Below are positions 1-8,193 of a stretch of 23,474 nt of DNA, in pieces. Source of the DNA: Candidatus Hermodarchaeota archaeon (GTDB taxonomy: Archaea; Asgardarchaeota; Lokiarchaeia; Sigyniarchaeales; SOKP01); the NCBI GenBank assembly GCA_048885525.1, contig JBHLLP010000053.1, forward strand, positions 1-23,474, written 5' to 3'. Under the pieces are notes generated by a model. It searched no databases and was not told where the DNA came from. It saw only the letters and a list, made by a program, of their open reading frames with translations. The position numbers and the translations under genes were made by a program. Every line of letters begins with the position of its first letter. Position 1 is the stretch's first letter.

Positions 1-1
1 T

Positions 2-235
2 TGGATTGATTATACTGGTCCTTTTGATTTATCTAGCTATGCATATGGTTATTACATTATCTCATACCACGCAATTGATTTAGTAAATAATATAGAGACT
101 GATCATACTTGTTTAGTGATATTGGTAGAATTACAAAGTCAACCGAGCATACAAGGATATAATATATTTCTACTGATGGGTATAACCTATGTGGTTTCTG
201 TAATTCTCATTAAAAGACGAAATAAAAATAAATAA
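2..235 (+). CDS. Partial (3' end) surface protein with a Loki-CTERM-like sorting signal
   Basis: Not in the ORF track. Frame 2 reads WIDYTGPFDLSSYAYGYYIISYHAIDLVNNIETDHTCLVILVELQSQPSIQGYNIFLLMGITYVVSVILIKRRNKNK-TAA(233-235). It has an Ig-like 'Y-x-x-D-x-x-N-N-x-E' strand, then IQGY (cf. the IPGY motif of Loki-CTERM), a TM helix and a basic tail. Confidence 0.8.
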   Translation, partial: WIDYTGPFDLSSYAYGYYIISYHAIDLVNNIETDHTCLVILVELQSQPSIQGYNIFLLMGITYVVSVILIKRRNKNK

Positions 236-390
236 TAAGTTTTTAATTTATTTTTTCTTTCTATTTTTCTTTTGGTTTTTTAGCGATATTTTAGGTTAGT
301 TCGCATCTAATTGTTAAGAGCTTGGAGTCAATTATAAATATAACGTTATCTACATATAGTTTAATTCTTTTAATCCTAAAATTCGAGATC

Positions 391-1074
391 ATGAAAAAAA
401 TGAAAATAAAAGATGCTGAAAAGTCAGAAAACGAATACTTAGAAGCATTAGGAAAATATAAAGAGTTAGTTGAGAAGAGTCCCGATATCTATTTGCCAAA
501 GATTGCGATGACACAGAATAACCTTGGAATATTATATTGGAAACTAGGAAGGTATGAGGAGGCTGAATTCGCATATCATGAAGCGTTAGGATTAGTTAAA
601 GAGTTAGCTAACAAAAATCCCGATGTGTATAAACCTTTTGTTGCTAGAACACAGAATAATTTTGGATTATTATATGCTGATTTAGGAAGGTTTGAGGAAA
701 CTGAGAACGCATATCAAAAAGCGTTAAAAATATATAAAGAGTTAGCCGACAAGAATCCCGATGCATATAAACCCAATGTTTCGATGGTGCAGTATAACCT
801 TGGAATATTATATTGGAAAGTAGGAAGGTTTGAGGAGGCTGAACACGCTTATCTAGAAACCTTAGAAATAGATAAAGAGTTGGCAAAAAAGAATCCTGAT
901 GCACATAAACCCATTATTGCGATGACACAGAAGTGTCTTGGAAGATTATATGATGATCTAGGAAGGTATGATGAAGCTGAACACGCATATAAAGAAGCGT
1001 TAGAAATCTATAAAGACTTAGGTATCAAAAGTCCCGATGTGAAAAAAATTTTTGAAAAAAGCAAGAAAACTTGA
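391..1074 (+). CDS. Tetratricopeptide repeat protein (long 46-aa TPR units)
   Basis: Four full PD-x-Y-x-P-x-x-A-x-T-Q-N-N-L-G...GR-Y/F-EEAE-x-AY-x-EAL repeats. ATG at 391 (MKKMKIK) is a more plausible start than the TTG at 322. Confidence 0.9.
   Translation: MKKMKIKDAEKSENEYLEALGKYKELVEKSPDIYLPKIAMTQNNLGILYWKLGRYEEAEFAYHEALGLVKELANKNPDVYKPFVARTQNNFGLLYADLGRFEETENAYQKALKIYKELADKNPDAYKPNVSMVQYNLGILYWKVGRFEEAEHAYLETLEIDKELAKKNPDAHKPIIAMTQKCLGRLYDDLGRYDEAEHAYKEALEIYKDLGIKSPDVKKIFEKSKKT
481..1032 (+). repeat. Four tandem 138-bp coding repeats (units start at 481, 619, 757, 895)
   Basis: Each unit begins cc(c/t)gat and shares aggaaggt, gcatat/gcttat and aaagag/aaagac. A fifth partial unit starts at 1033. 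Confidence 0.9.
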
Positions 1075-1214
1075 GAGAGAATCGGAGAGGCATATGTTTA
1101 TTTTAATTCATTTTTTATTTCTATTTTCTTCTTAATTTTTTTGTAATTTCTCTATGGTGAATGGACTAATCGATAAAATAAGTTTTATATATCTTCCTTC
1201 ATTGTTTAGGACCC

Positions 1215-1859
1215 ATGAGATCAGATTTAACTAAGAATCTAATTGAGCTTGAACGCGATAAAGTTTTATCTGAAGTAAAAGAGCGCCTCATTCAAGGAGA
1301 AGACCCAATGAGGATATTCAACGAATGTAAGCAAGGTATGGAACTGATTGGTGAGAGATACAAAAATAAAGAATATTTTCTTGCCGAATTAATGCTTTCA
1401 GGTGAGCTTTTTAAAGAGATAACAGAACTAATCGAACCTTATTTAGGTGAAAAAACAACAGAGGGAGATACTAAAGGTAAAATAATACTTGTTACAATGC
1501 AAGGAGATATTCATGATTTAGGTAAAAATATCCTTGCTACTCTTCTTAAATTAGAGGGTTTTAAGATTTATGATTTAGGTGTGGATGTCGATCCAGATAT
1601 TGTTATTGAGAAGGTAAAAGAGATTAAACCGGATTTTCTTGGATTTTCAGCGCTTCTTACCACAACTTTTGATCCGATGAAATATGTTGTTGATAAATTG
1701 AAGGAAGTCGGACTTCGCGACAAATTGAAAATAATGGTGGGTGGAGGTATTACAACTACACTTGTGAAAGATTATATTGGAGCGGATTTTCAAACTCTCG
1801 ATGGTATGGAAGGAGTTCAATATTGCTTGGATGTATTTAAAGCAAAGGGAGGAAATTAA
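1215..1859 (+). CDS. Corrinoid (cobalamin)-binding methyl-carrier protein, MtaC/MttC-like
   Basis: N-terminal cap domain (GMELIGERY..KEYFLAELMLSGE) plus B12-binding motifs DIHDLGKN (DxHxxG), DLGVDV, SALLT and VGGG. Confidence 0.95.
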   Translation: MRSDLTKNLIELERDKVLSEVKERLIQGEDPMRIFNECKQGMELIGERYKNKEYFLAELMLSGELFKEITELIEPYLGEKTTEGDTKGKIILVTMQGDIHDLGKNILATLLKLEGFKIYDLGVDVDPDIVIEKVKEIKPDFLGFSALLTTTFDPMKYVVDKLKEVGLRDKLKIMVGGGITTTLVKDYIGADFQTLDGMEGVQYCLDVFKAKGGN

Positions 1860-1861
1860 AG

Positions 1862-2998
1862 ATGAAGGAAGAATATATGACTCCAAAAGAGAGAATGACT
1901 GCTGCAATAAATCTTGAAAAGCCAGATCGGGTGCCAATTAATCCTCTTATAGGCATGAACTTAGCAGCGACATATTATGGATTAAATACAGTGGAAATGA
2001 ACAAATATCCAATTAAAGGCCTTGAGATAATGCTTAAATTTTTTGATGAGTTTGGAGGTTGGGATGGATTTCCAAACACTCCCCTTGTAAAATCGGCTTA
2101 TATACTAGGCGGATTTAAAGTTAATACACCAGGACAAGAATTACCCGATAATTATTTTGTGCAGTTTGATGAAGGAGAGTGGATGAAAGTAGAAGATTAT
2201 AAAACTATTGCCGATATTGGCTGGTCAAAATTTGTTTTAAGTGAGTATATCTATCGGATCACTGACTGGACACCTGAGGATGTAGATAATGCTAGAAAAG
2301 AATTCATGGAGCTCATGTTAAGAGCTGGCAAAGAATGGTTAATAAAAAGAAAAGTTGGATTAAATGTTGGAGCCAATCGGCTACATCCTTTTTTTACCCT
2401 TTCGCTAAGCCGGACAATGCTAAAATTCACCCAAGATCTCTATTATAGACCTGAATTGGTTGAGGCCGCACTTGATACAATGACAGAAGAATATATAATG
2501 CGGGTTAAAAAGCTGTGTAAACTTACTGGTGGAAAGGTGGTTTTTTTACCTGAAGAGAGAGCAGAAGGAGCTATCTATCCATTGAAAATTTTTGAACGAT
2601 TTTGGTGGCCATATACTAAAAGAATAGTAGAAGGCTTAAATGATGCAGGAATTATACCTTGGTTTCACCTTGACCAATGTTGGGATTTAAATATTCATTA
2701 TTTTAAGGAACTACCAAGAGCTTCATGTATAATTGATCTTGATGGCCTTACAGATATATTTAGAGCAAAAGAAATCCTTAAAGATCATTTATGTATCATG
2801 AGTGATGTAAGTGCTTCTCTATTTTCTATAGGGACACCAAAACAAGTTGAAAATTACGTCAAAAAACTTATTGACAAACTAGGGGTTGATGGAGGGCATA
2901 TATTAGGATCTGGTTGCGAGGTTCCTCCCAATTGCAGACCAGAAAATTTTAAAGCTTTTCTTAAAATTGGTAGAACTTATCAGTTATCAAAGAGCTAA
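1862..2998 (+). CDS. URO-D-fold corrinoid-dependent methyltransferase (MtaA/CmuA/O-demethylase MT superfamily)
   Basis: MTPKERM..A...EKPDRVP N-terminus, FERFWWPY, FHLDQCW and C-terminal GGHILGSGCEVP..C.PEN. It starts 2 bp after the corrinoid gene, with a GGGAGG RBS. Confidence 0.9.
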   Translation: MKEEYMTPKERMTAAINLEKPDRVPINPLIGMNLAATYYGLNTVEMNKYPIKGLEIMLKFFDEFGGWDGFPNTPLVKSAYILGGFKVNTPGQELPDNYFVQFDEGEWMKVEDYKTIADIGWSKFVLSEYIYRITDWTPEDVDNARKEFMELMLRAGKEWLIKRKVGLNVGANRLHPFFTLSLSRTMLKFTQDLYYRPELVEAALDTMTEEYIMRVKKLCKLTGGKVVFLPEERAEGAIYPLKIFERFWWPYTKRIVEGLNDAGIIPWFHLDQCWDLNIHYFKELPRASCIIDLDGLTDIFRAKEILKDHLCIMSDVSASLFSIGTPKQVENYVKKLIDKLGVDGGHILGSGCEVPPNCRPENFKAFLKIGRTYQLSKS

Positions 2999-3084
2999 TA
3001 CTATTTATTTTTTCTTTCCATTTTTATTGTAATTTTCAGGGGAATTTAAATCAACGCAGAATCAGCTAATATTAAAATGGTAGG

Positions 3085-3321
3085 TCAAGTTAACTTTTTT
3101 CTTCTAGTTATTAGCCAATTTAATACTAAGATAAGTCTAAGAAGCATTAGAATTATAGCAAAAACTATCAGACCTTGAACTCTAGCTCCTCCCAGACCAG
3201 CTAGAGCTGCCGAACCCCACTAACTGTAAAATGTCCATAACCCGATACCTATATACAGGAACATCACTCCTGCAAATAATAATATCAATCCTAAAATGCC
3301 TTGTTTCAGAATTTTATTCAT
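3085..3321 (-). pseudogene. Small two-TM membrane ORF with an in-frame TAG at codon 34 (pseudogene or read-through)
   Basis: Not in the ORF track. Reads MNKILKQGILGLILLFAGVMFLYIGIGLWTFYS-[TAG 3220-3222]-WGSAALAGLGGARVQGLIVFAIILMLLRLILVLNWLITRRKKLT-TGA. Basic N- and C-ends flank two hydrophobic helices. Confidence 0.7.
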
Positions 3322-3400
3322 TTTATTCAAGTCTTTAAAACTATTATACAGTTTTGTCAATATCATTTAAATATATTTAAAACATATAAATTAAAGTCAG

Positions 3401-3480
3401 TAGAACTTGTACTTTCATTTTTCAGCATATTTTTAAAAATTCCCTATTATACACTAATGTATATATAGAAATTTTACTTA
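3401..3480 (+). promoter_or_regulatory. Conserved 80-bp upstream element, copy 1 (TATA-like TATATATA overlapped by a TATACA-N4-TGTATA palindrome)
   Basis: 69/80 ungapped identity to 5097-5176. The last 26 nt (taatgtatatatagaaattttactta) are identical. Confidence 0.75.
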
Positions 3481-3529
3481 CTCTTTTAAAAATAATTCAA
3501 GTCGAAAATTTTGGGATAGAACCATAATC

Positions 3530-5026
3530 ATGAGAAAGAAGTATTTTATTTCGCGTATAATTATAATAATAATCGTTTCGGAATTAGTAACTGCTTTTAT
3601 GCTTTTTCCTTTCTCTATAGTTCATTCCTGTATTCCTATGGGTCCGATTGAATGGGTGAAAACTTGGGGTGGAGATAATCAAGAAATAATGTTTGAAATG
3701 GTTGTAGATTCTTCGGAGGATATTTTTATCGCAGGTGAAATTTGGAGTTATGATGAAACTTTTAATGATATATTTATAGTTAAGATAAACGAAACTTTTA
3801 GTTTTAATGCCACGTGGGGAGATGTAATGCAACAAGAATTTAGTGGAATGGTTTTAGATTCAGAAGAAAATATTTTCATCACGGGTTCCAGTACGGGCTA
3901 TTTACCAGGAATAAAAGAAGTTTTTTTATTAAAATATAACAATAATCTTACATTAGAATGGTCTACTACCTGGGATGTTATAGGATTAGATTTTAGCGCT
4001 GGTATAGTCGTTGATTCCTTAGATAATATATATATTTCGGGAATGACGAATTATCCTAATTGTGACGTTTTTCTTATAAAATACAATAATTCAGGAGCTA
4101 TACAATGGAACTATACCTGGTCTACAGAATCAAATAATACCTCTGAAGAAGTATTATCAATGGTAGTTGATTCTATGGATAATATCTTCCTTGGAGTAAA
4201 TACAAATACCACTGGATCAGAATGGTTTTTATTAAAATATAATTCTTCGGGAAGTTTGTTATTAAATCGTTCATATAATAAATTTATTCCGATAGAGCAA
4301 TTAGTTATAGATTCTTCTGATGATTTGTATGCTCTTGGATCTTATAATAGCACTTATCTTACAAAACTCAATAATGAAGGTAATGTAGAGTGGAATTTAA
4401 CGTGTATACAAAATGTTTTAAGAGGTACAGAAAAATTAGTAATAGATTCATCTGATAATGTATTTGTTATAGGAAATGAACTTATCAATCTGTCAGCAAT
4501 TGTTCATGGGTATAATATGACTGATTACGATACATATTTGATGAAATTTAACGAAACTGGAGATTTATATTGGAATCATACAATATCTTATAGTAATAAT
4601 ATATACCCAGAATTATTGACATTTGATCCCTTAGGCAATATCTATTTTGGAGGATCGCTAGGGATGATTGCACCAGGAGGTTTGGGTTATTCTATTATAA
4701 TTTTAGATAATTTAGGTTACTGTATAAGAAGCGAAAGTGGTGGTTGTACAAAAGGAAATTGTTATTGTAAAGGAATATACGCAGAATCACCAATTAATTT
4801 TATTGCTGCCATAAATTCACCTTGTTGCGGAGAAGATTATTATGATATAATGTTAATTAAATATACTAAATTTGATATTAGTCATTGTCTCCCCGTTCCT
4901 AATCCTTGGCTTATTGGTATACTTCAAATTGGAATAAGTACAATTTTAGTAATAATAGGAATATCTTACTTGGTTAAAAAAGAGAAAAGGCGTAAGGTTC
5001 AAAGATCTTTATTTAAAATCATTTAA
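3530..5026 (+). CDS. Membrane-anchored beta-propeller (SBBP-like repeat) surface glycoprotein, paralog 1
   Basis: N-terminal signal/TM segment. Repeated W..TWG...E...MV(V/L)DS.DNI(F/Y)I.G ... DVFL.KY blades, many N-x-S/T sequons, and a C-terminal TM helix followed by KKEKRRK. Confidence 0.85.
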   Translation: MRKKYFISRIIIIIIVSELVTAFMLFPFSIVHSCIPMGPIEWVKTWGGDNQEIMFEMVVDSSEDIFIAGEIWSYDETFNDIFIVKINETFSFNATWGDVMQQEFSGMVLDSEENIFITGSSTGYLPGIKEVFLLKYNNNLTLEWSTTWDVIGLDFSAGIVVDSLDNIYISGMTNYPNCDVFLIKYNNSGAIQWNYTWSTESNNTSEEVLSMVVDSMDNIFLGVNTNTTGSEWFLLKYNSSGSLLLNRSYNKFIPIEQLVIDSSDDLYALGSYNSTYLTKLNNEGNVEWNLTCIQNVLRGTEKLVIDSSDNVFVIGNELINLSAIVHGYNMTDYDTYLMKFNETGDLYWNHTISYSNNIYPELLTFDPLGNIYFGGSLGMIAPGGLGYSIIILDNLGYCIRSESGGCTKGNCYCKGIYAESPINFIAAINSPCCGEDYYDIMLIKYTKFDISHCLPVPNPWLIGILQIGISTILVIIGISYLVKKEKRRKVQRSLFKII

Positions 5027-5096
5027 GACTATAATACTAATACTTATTTTAAGATACAAACATCTATGAAAACAATTAAAATTATATTATAGGATT

Positions 5097-5176
5097 TAGT
5101 ACTTCTACTTCCTTTTTTCGGTATATTTTTAAAATATCCTTATTGTACAATAATGTATATATAGAAATTTTACTTA
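5097..5176 (+). promoter_or_regulatory. Conserved 80-bp upstream element, copy 2
   Basis: Ungapped match to 3401-3480. The palindrome variant TGTACA-ATAA-TGTATA lies at 5144-5159. Confidence 0.75.
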
Positions 5177-5251
5177 TTTAAGAGAAAGAAATTTGATTCA
5201 TAAAGTGGTTTTAAAATTATAACCAAAAAGCAATATTACGCATTAGTTATT

Positions 5252-6724
5252 GTGCTTCTAATTGGAGTTTCGGGAACTGGTTCCATCTACTTTGCCATTA
5301 CTCCTTCGATTATATGTCCTCCTGGTTCACCTATCGATTGGGAGCAAACATGGGGCGGAAATGATAATGAAATATTGTATGAACTGGTCGTAGATTCCTT
5401 GGGTTATTTCTATTTAGCGGGAGAGACATGGAGTTATGGTAATGGTAGTAGTGATTTATTTTTAGTTAAAATGAATGGAACAGTTGCAGAAAATAATACA
5501 TGGGGTGGCGTAGAATCTGAAGAATTTAGTGGAATGGTTTTAGATTCAAATGATAATATCTATGTCGCAGGATCAACTTTAAGCTACGGAGCTGGGGAAA
5601 AAGATGTTATTTTATTAAAATATAATACAAGTGTTAAATTAGAATGGGATGAGCTCTGGGGGACAAATAATTCTGATATCTGTCGTAGTATCGCTGTAGA
5701 TTCTTTTGATAATGTATACATCACAGGTATTAATAACAATCCATACTATGACATTTTTCTAGCAAAATATGATAGGCTGGGAATTCAACAGTGGAATCGC
5801 ACATGGAGTACTGAGCGCTTTAATATAACTGAAGAAGTTTTTTCATTAGTAATTGATTCTACTGATAATATATTCCTTAGTGTAAAGACAAACTTCACGG
5901 GATCAGAGTGGTTCTTATTGAATTATAACAGTTCAGGTAATCTATTATTAAATATATCATATAGTAAGTATCACCCTCTTGAATTATTAGTTTTAGATTC
6001 TTTAAATAATTTATATGCAGCTGGTTCATATAATGACATGTATCTATCTAAATTGGATAATAATGGCAATGTAGAATGGAATGTTTCATGTATTCAAAAT
6101 GTTTTAAAAAGCTCTGAAGTTTTAGCAATAGATCCTTTTGATAATATTGTTATTGCAGGCAATGAACTCATCAATGCTTCAGCTAATCTTTATGGTTACA
6201 ATATAACGGATTATGATACTTATTTAATGAAATACAACAATACAGGAGTAATAGAATGGAACCATACCATACCTTATAGTAATAATTTATTCCCTGAGAT
6301 AATAGCATTCAACTCATTGGGTTATATATATCTCGGAGGTTCGTCTGAGTTTATTGCTACAAAAGAATTGACCCTTTCTGTGGTTGTTTTTGATCAATCT
6401 GGCAATATACGAAGAAGTGAGGGAGGGGGTGAGATTAAATATTGTGAGGGAATATATGGAGAATCAGTTATGAATTTTACTGTAGCAGGATATGGATATA
6501 GATACTTGTATCCCACAGGTACTAGTACTGATTATGATTTAATATTAATAAAATATAAAGAACCAGAATATTATTGTCCATATGATCCACTTAATCATTA
6601 CATCCCGGTTATGATAATTTTTAACATATTGTTTTATATTTCTTGTATAATAGGGGTAATTTTCTTAATTAAACAACGCAAGACCCGTTTAAAAACAATA
6701 AATTTCTGGATGTTTCGATATTAA
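5252..6724 (+). CDS. Membrane-anchored beta-propeller (SBBP-like repeat) surface glycoprotein, paralog 2
   Basis: Collinear with 3530-5026 (EFSGMVLDS, TGSEWFLL, CIQNVL, GNELIN, TDYDTYLMK, WNHTI.YSNN). The frame is open upstream to 5204, so the true start may be ATA at 5219. Confidence 0.85.
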   Translation: MLLIGVSGTGSIYFAITPSIICPPGSPIDWEQTWGGNDNEILYELVVDSLGYFYLAGETWSYGNGSSDLFLVKMNGTVAENNTWGGVESEEFSGMVLDSNDNIYVAGSTLSYGAGEKDVILLKYNTSVKLEWDELWGTNNSDICRSIAVDSFDNVYITGINNNPYYDIFLAKYDRLGIQQWNRTWSTERFNITEEVFSLVIDSTDNIFLSVKTNFTGSEWFLLNYNSSGNLLLNISYSKYHPLELLVLDSLNNLYAAGSYNDMYLSKLDNNGNVEWNVSCIQNVLKSSEVLAIDPFDNIVIAGNELINASANLYGYNITDYDTYLMKYNNTGVIEWNHTIPYSNNLFPEIIAFNSLGYIYLGGSSEFIATKELTLSVVVFDQSGNIRRSEGGGEIKYCEGIYGESVMNFTVAGYGYRYLYPTGTSTDYDLILIKYKEPEYYCPYDPLNHYIPVMIIFNILFYISCIIGVIFLIKQRKTRLKTINFWMFRY

Positions 6725-6885
6725 AGTTTCATTTATAATACTTTCAAGTAATTTCTTTTGATTAAGTTAGCATATTTTTGCATAATTAAATTTTACTAAA
6801 ACAATTAAAAATATATAAAATAAATTTTTAAAAAGATAGTGTTAGAAATAGACTTTAAAACTCTAAATAATTATCCTTTTGAAAA

Positions 6886-7347
6886 ATGGCAGTTCTTGAA
6901 ATTGGAATTAACCTTGGTATGAAAAATTTAGTTGATATTAGGTACTATTCATCATCAGATAAGGTGTTAGATCCTAATATACGAGCTAAGTTTCTAACGG
7001 GATTAAAAAGCTTCATTACAGAGGTATATGGTGATAAGATTAATATTATATCTTTTTCGGACTTTGAAATTGTGTGTTATTTTAAAATGATTGAATTACC
7101 AAGTAAAGAAGCTACTGAAACTCAGCCTTTATTATCATATGCTATTATTGAAAAAGGTACAGATCCGAATTTTGTAAAACGGCATTTAAAGGAAATTAAC
7201 TCTAATTTTCTCAATCGTTATGCTCTCAATGATATTTTTTCAAAAGAATCTAAATATTTTAAAAAATTTAAACCTAGGGTTGATGAAATACTCGGAGATT
7301 TAAAGTTAAAACTAGGAGATCGTATTGAATCTATTTTTAAACATTAA
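6886..7347 (+). CDS. Soluble longin-like domain protein
   Basis: Asgard longin pattern: two beta strands, then FLTGLKSFITEVYGDKINIISFSDFEIV, a further strand, the helix VKRHLKEINSNFLNRY and a terminal F..F...VDEIL helix. Confidence 0.75.
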   Translation: MAVLEIGINLGMKNLVDIRYYSSSDKVLDPNIRAKFLTGLKSFITEVYGDKINIISFSDFEIVCYFKMIELPSKEATETQPLLSYAIIEKGTDPNFVKRHLKEINSNFLNRYALNDIFSKESKYFKKFKPRVDEILGDLKLKLGDRIESIFKH

Positions 7348-7426
7348 ATGTCATCTTACCATTACAAAAATCACAAATTTCCTTTCAATCATACAATAAA
7401 GAGAAAATAAAAAGAATAATATTTGT

Positions 7427-8110
7427 TTATTTAATCAAGAAACCTTTAAATATAGTTATCGTCGCAATATCAACAGATATTAAAGCAAAAACTTCAATTA
7501 GGATAAAATCGAAGGCTCCTCCAACTAAGTCTACAAGAAGAGCTATAAAGATGAAAATAATTCCTATAAAAAACCATTGTACTCTTTTTTTAGTTTCCCC
7601 TTCTAAATTTCTAGACATTAGAGCATATTTATATACAACATAAATTAATAATGCCGCCCTGATAGAAATGATTGAAATGAACCAAGGAAGTGGAGTTTTA
7701 GTATCAACAATATCTAGTGTATATCTTTCCATATTTAAAGTTGGACGCCAGATAAGATACCCGGTACTCATAATAATAAATATTACAATCATTATTCCTA
7801 GATATCTTGGACTCATGGCAACCTTTTCATATTTTTCTAATACAAATACTGTCATCATTAAGGAAATAAAAATTAAATTGAAAAAGATCTGAGCAGTTAT
7901 CATCATTGGAATAATAATCTGTGAATAATTCAATATTAAATGATAAATTGTGTAAATTAAAAATCCTAAAGAAGAGGAAATAAAGAATAAAGTAAACCAT
8001 TTATTTAACAAGTTATCCGGATTTAAACGTAACACTCGAAATCCTACGGTAAATGAAATAACAACAGTTATTGCTGCAGCGATTATTTTAATTAGGTTAT
8101 TAATATCCAT
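7427..8110 (-). CDS. Stand-alone seven-transmembrane protein resembling the HisKA_7TM-type sensor domain
   Basis: Seven hydrophobic segments. It has the 'NPDNLLNKWF' N..F motif after TM1 and a basic KKR before TM6. No cytoplasmic output domain. Confidence 0.7.
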   Translation of the reverse strand: MDINNLIKIIAAAITVVISFTVGFRVLRLNPDNLLNKWFTLFFISSSLGFLIYTIYHLILNYSQIIIPMMITAQIFFNLIFISLMMTVFVLEKYEKVAMSPRYLGIMIVIFIIMSTGYLIWRPTLNMERYTLDIVDTKTPLPWFISIISIRAALLIYVVYKYALMSRNLEGETKKRVQWFFIGIIFIFIALLVDLVGGAFDFILIEVFALISVDIATITIFKGFLIK

Positions 8111-8193
8111 AATATATTCTTTTGATATAGTTAAATAAAAAGGTTTTCATAAAAGTATATTAATAAAAAAGGAATTTCAAGGAAAAATTACTT

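Noticed and set aside
322-390. TTG-initiated hydrophobic N-terminal extension of the TPR protein
   Set aside because: It looks like AT-rich promoter sequence read in frame. ATG 391 is the more plausible start.
481-1032. CRISPR array or DGR template/variable repeat
   Set aside because: The repeats are in-frame coding units with no spacers, differences are not adenine-specific, and there is no reverse transcriptase or cas gene in the window.
1215-2998. Evidence for methanogenesis or for hemE
   Set aside because: Corrinoid/URO-D-fold pairs are common in non-methanogens, the HemE RQAGR motif is absent, and no mcr/mtr genes are present.
7427-8110. Microbial rhodopsin or schizorhodopsin
   Set aside because: No DxxxK-type retinal lysine within helix 7 and no RYxxW motif in helix 3.
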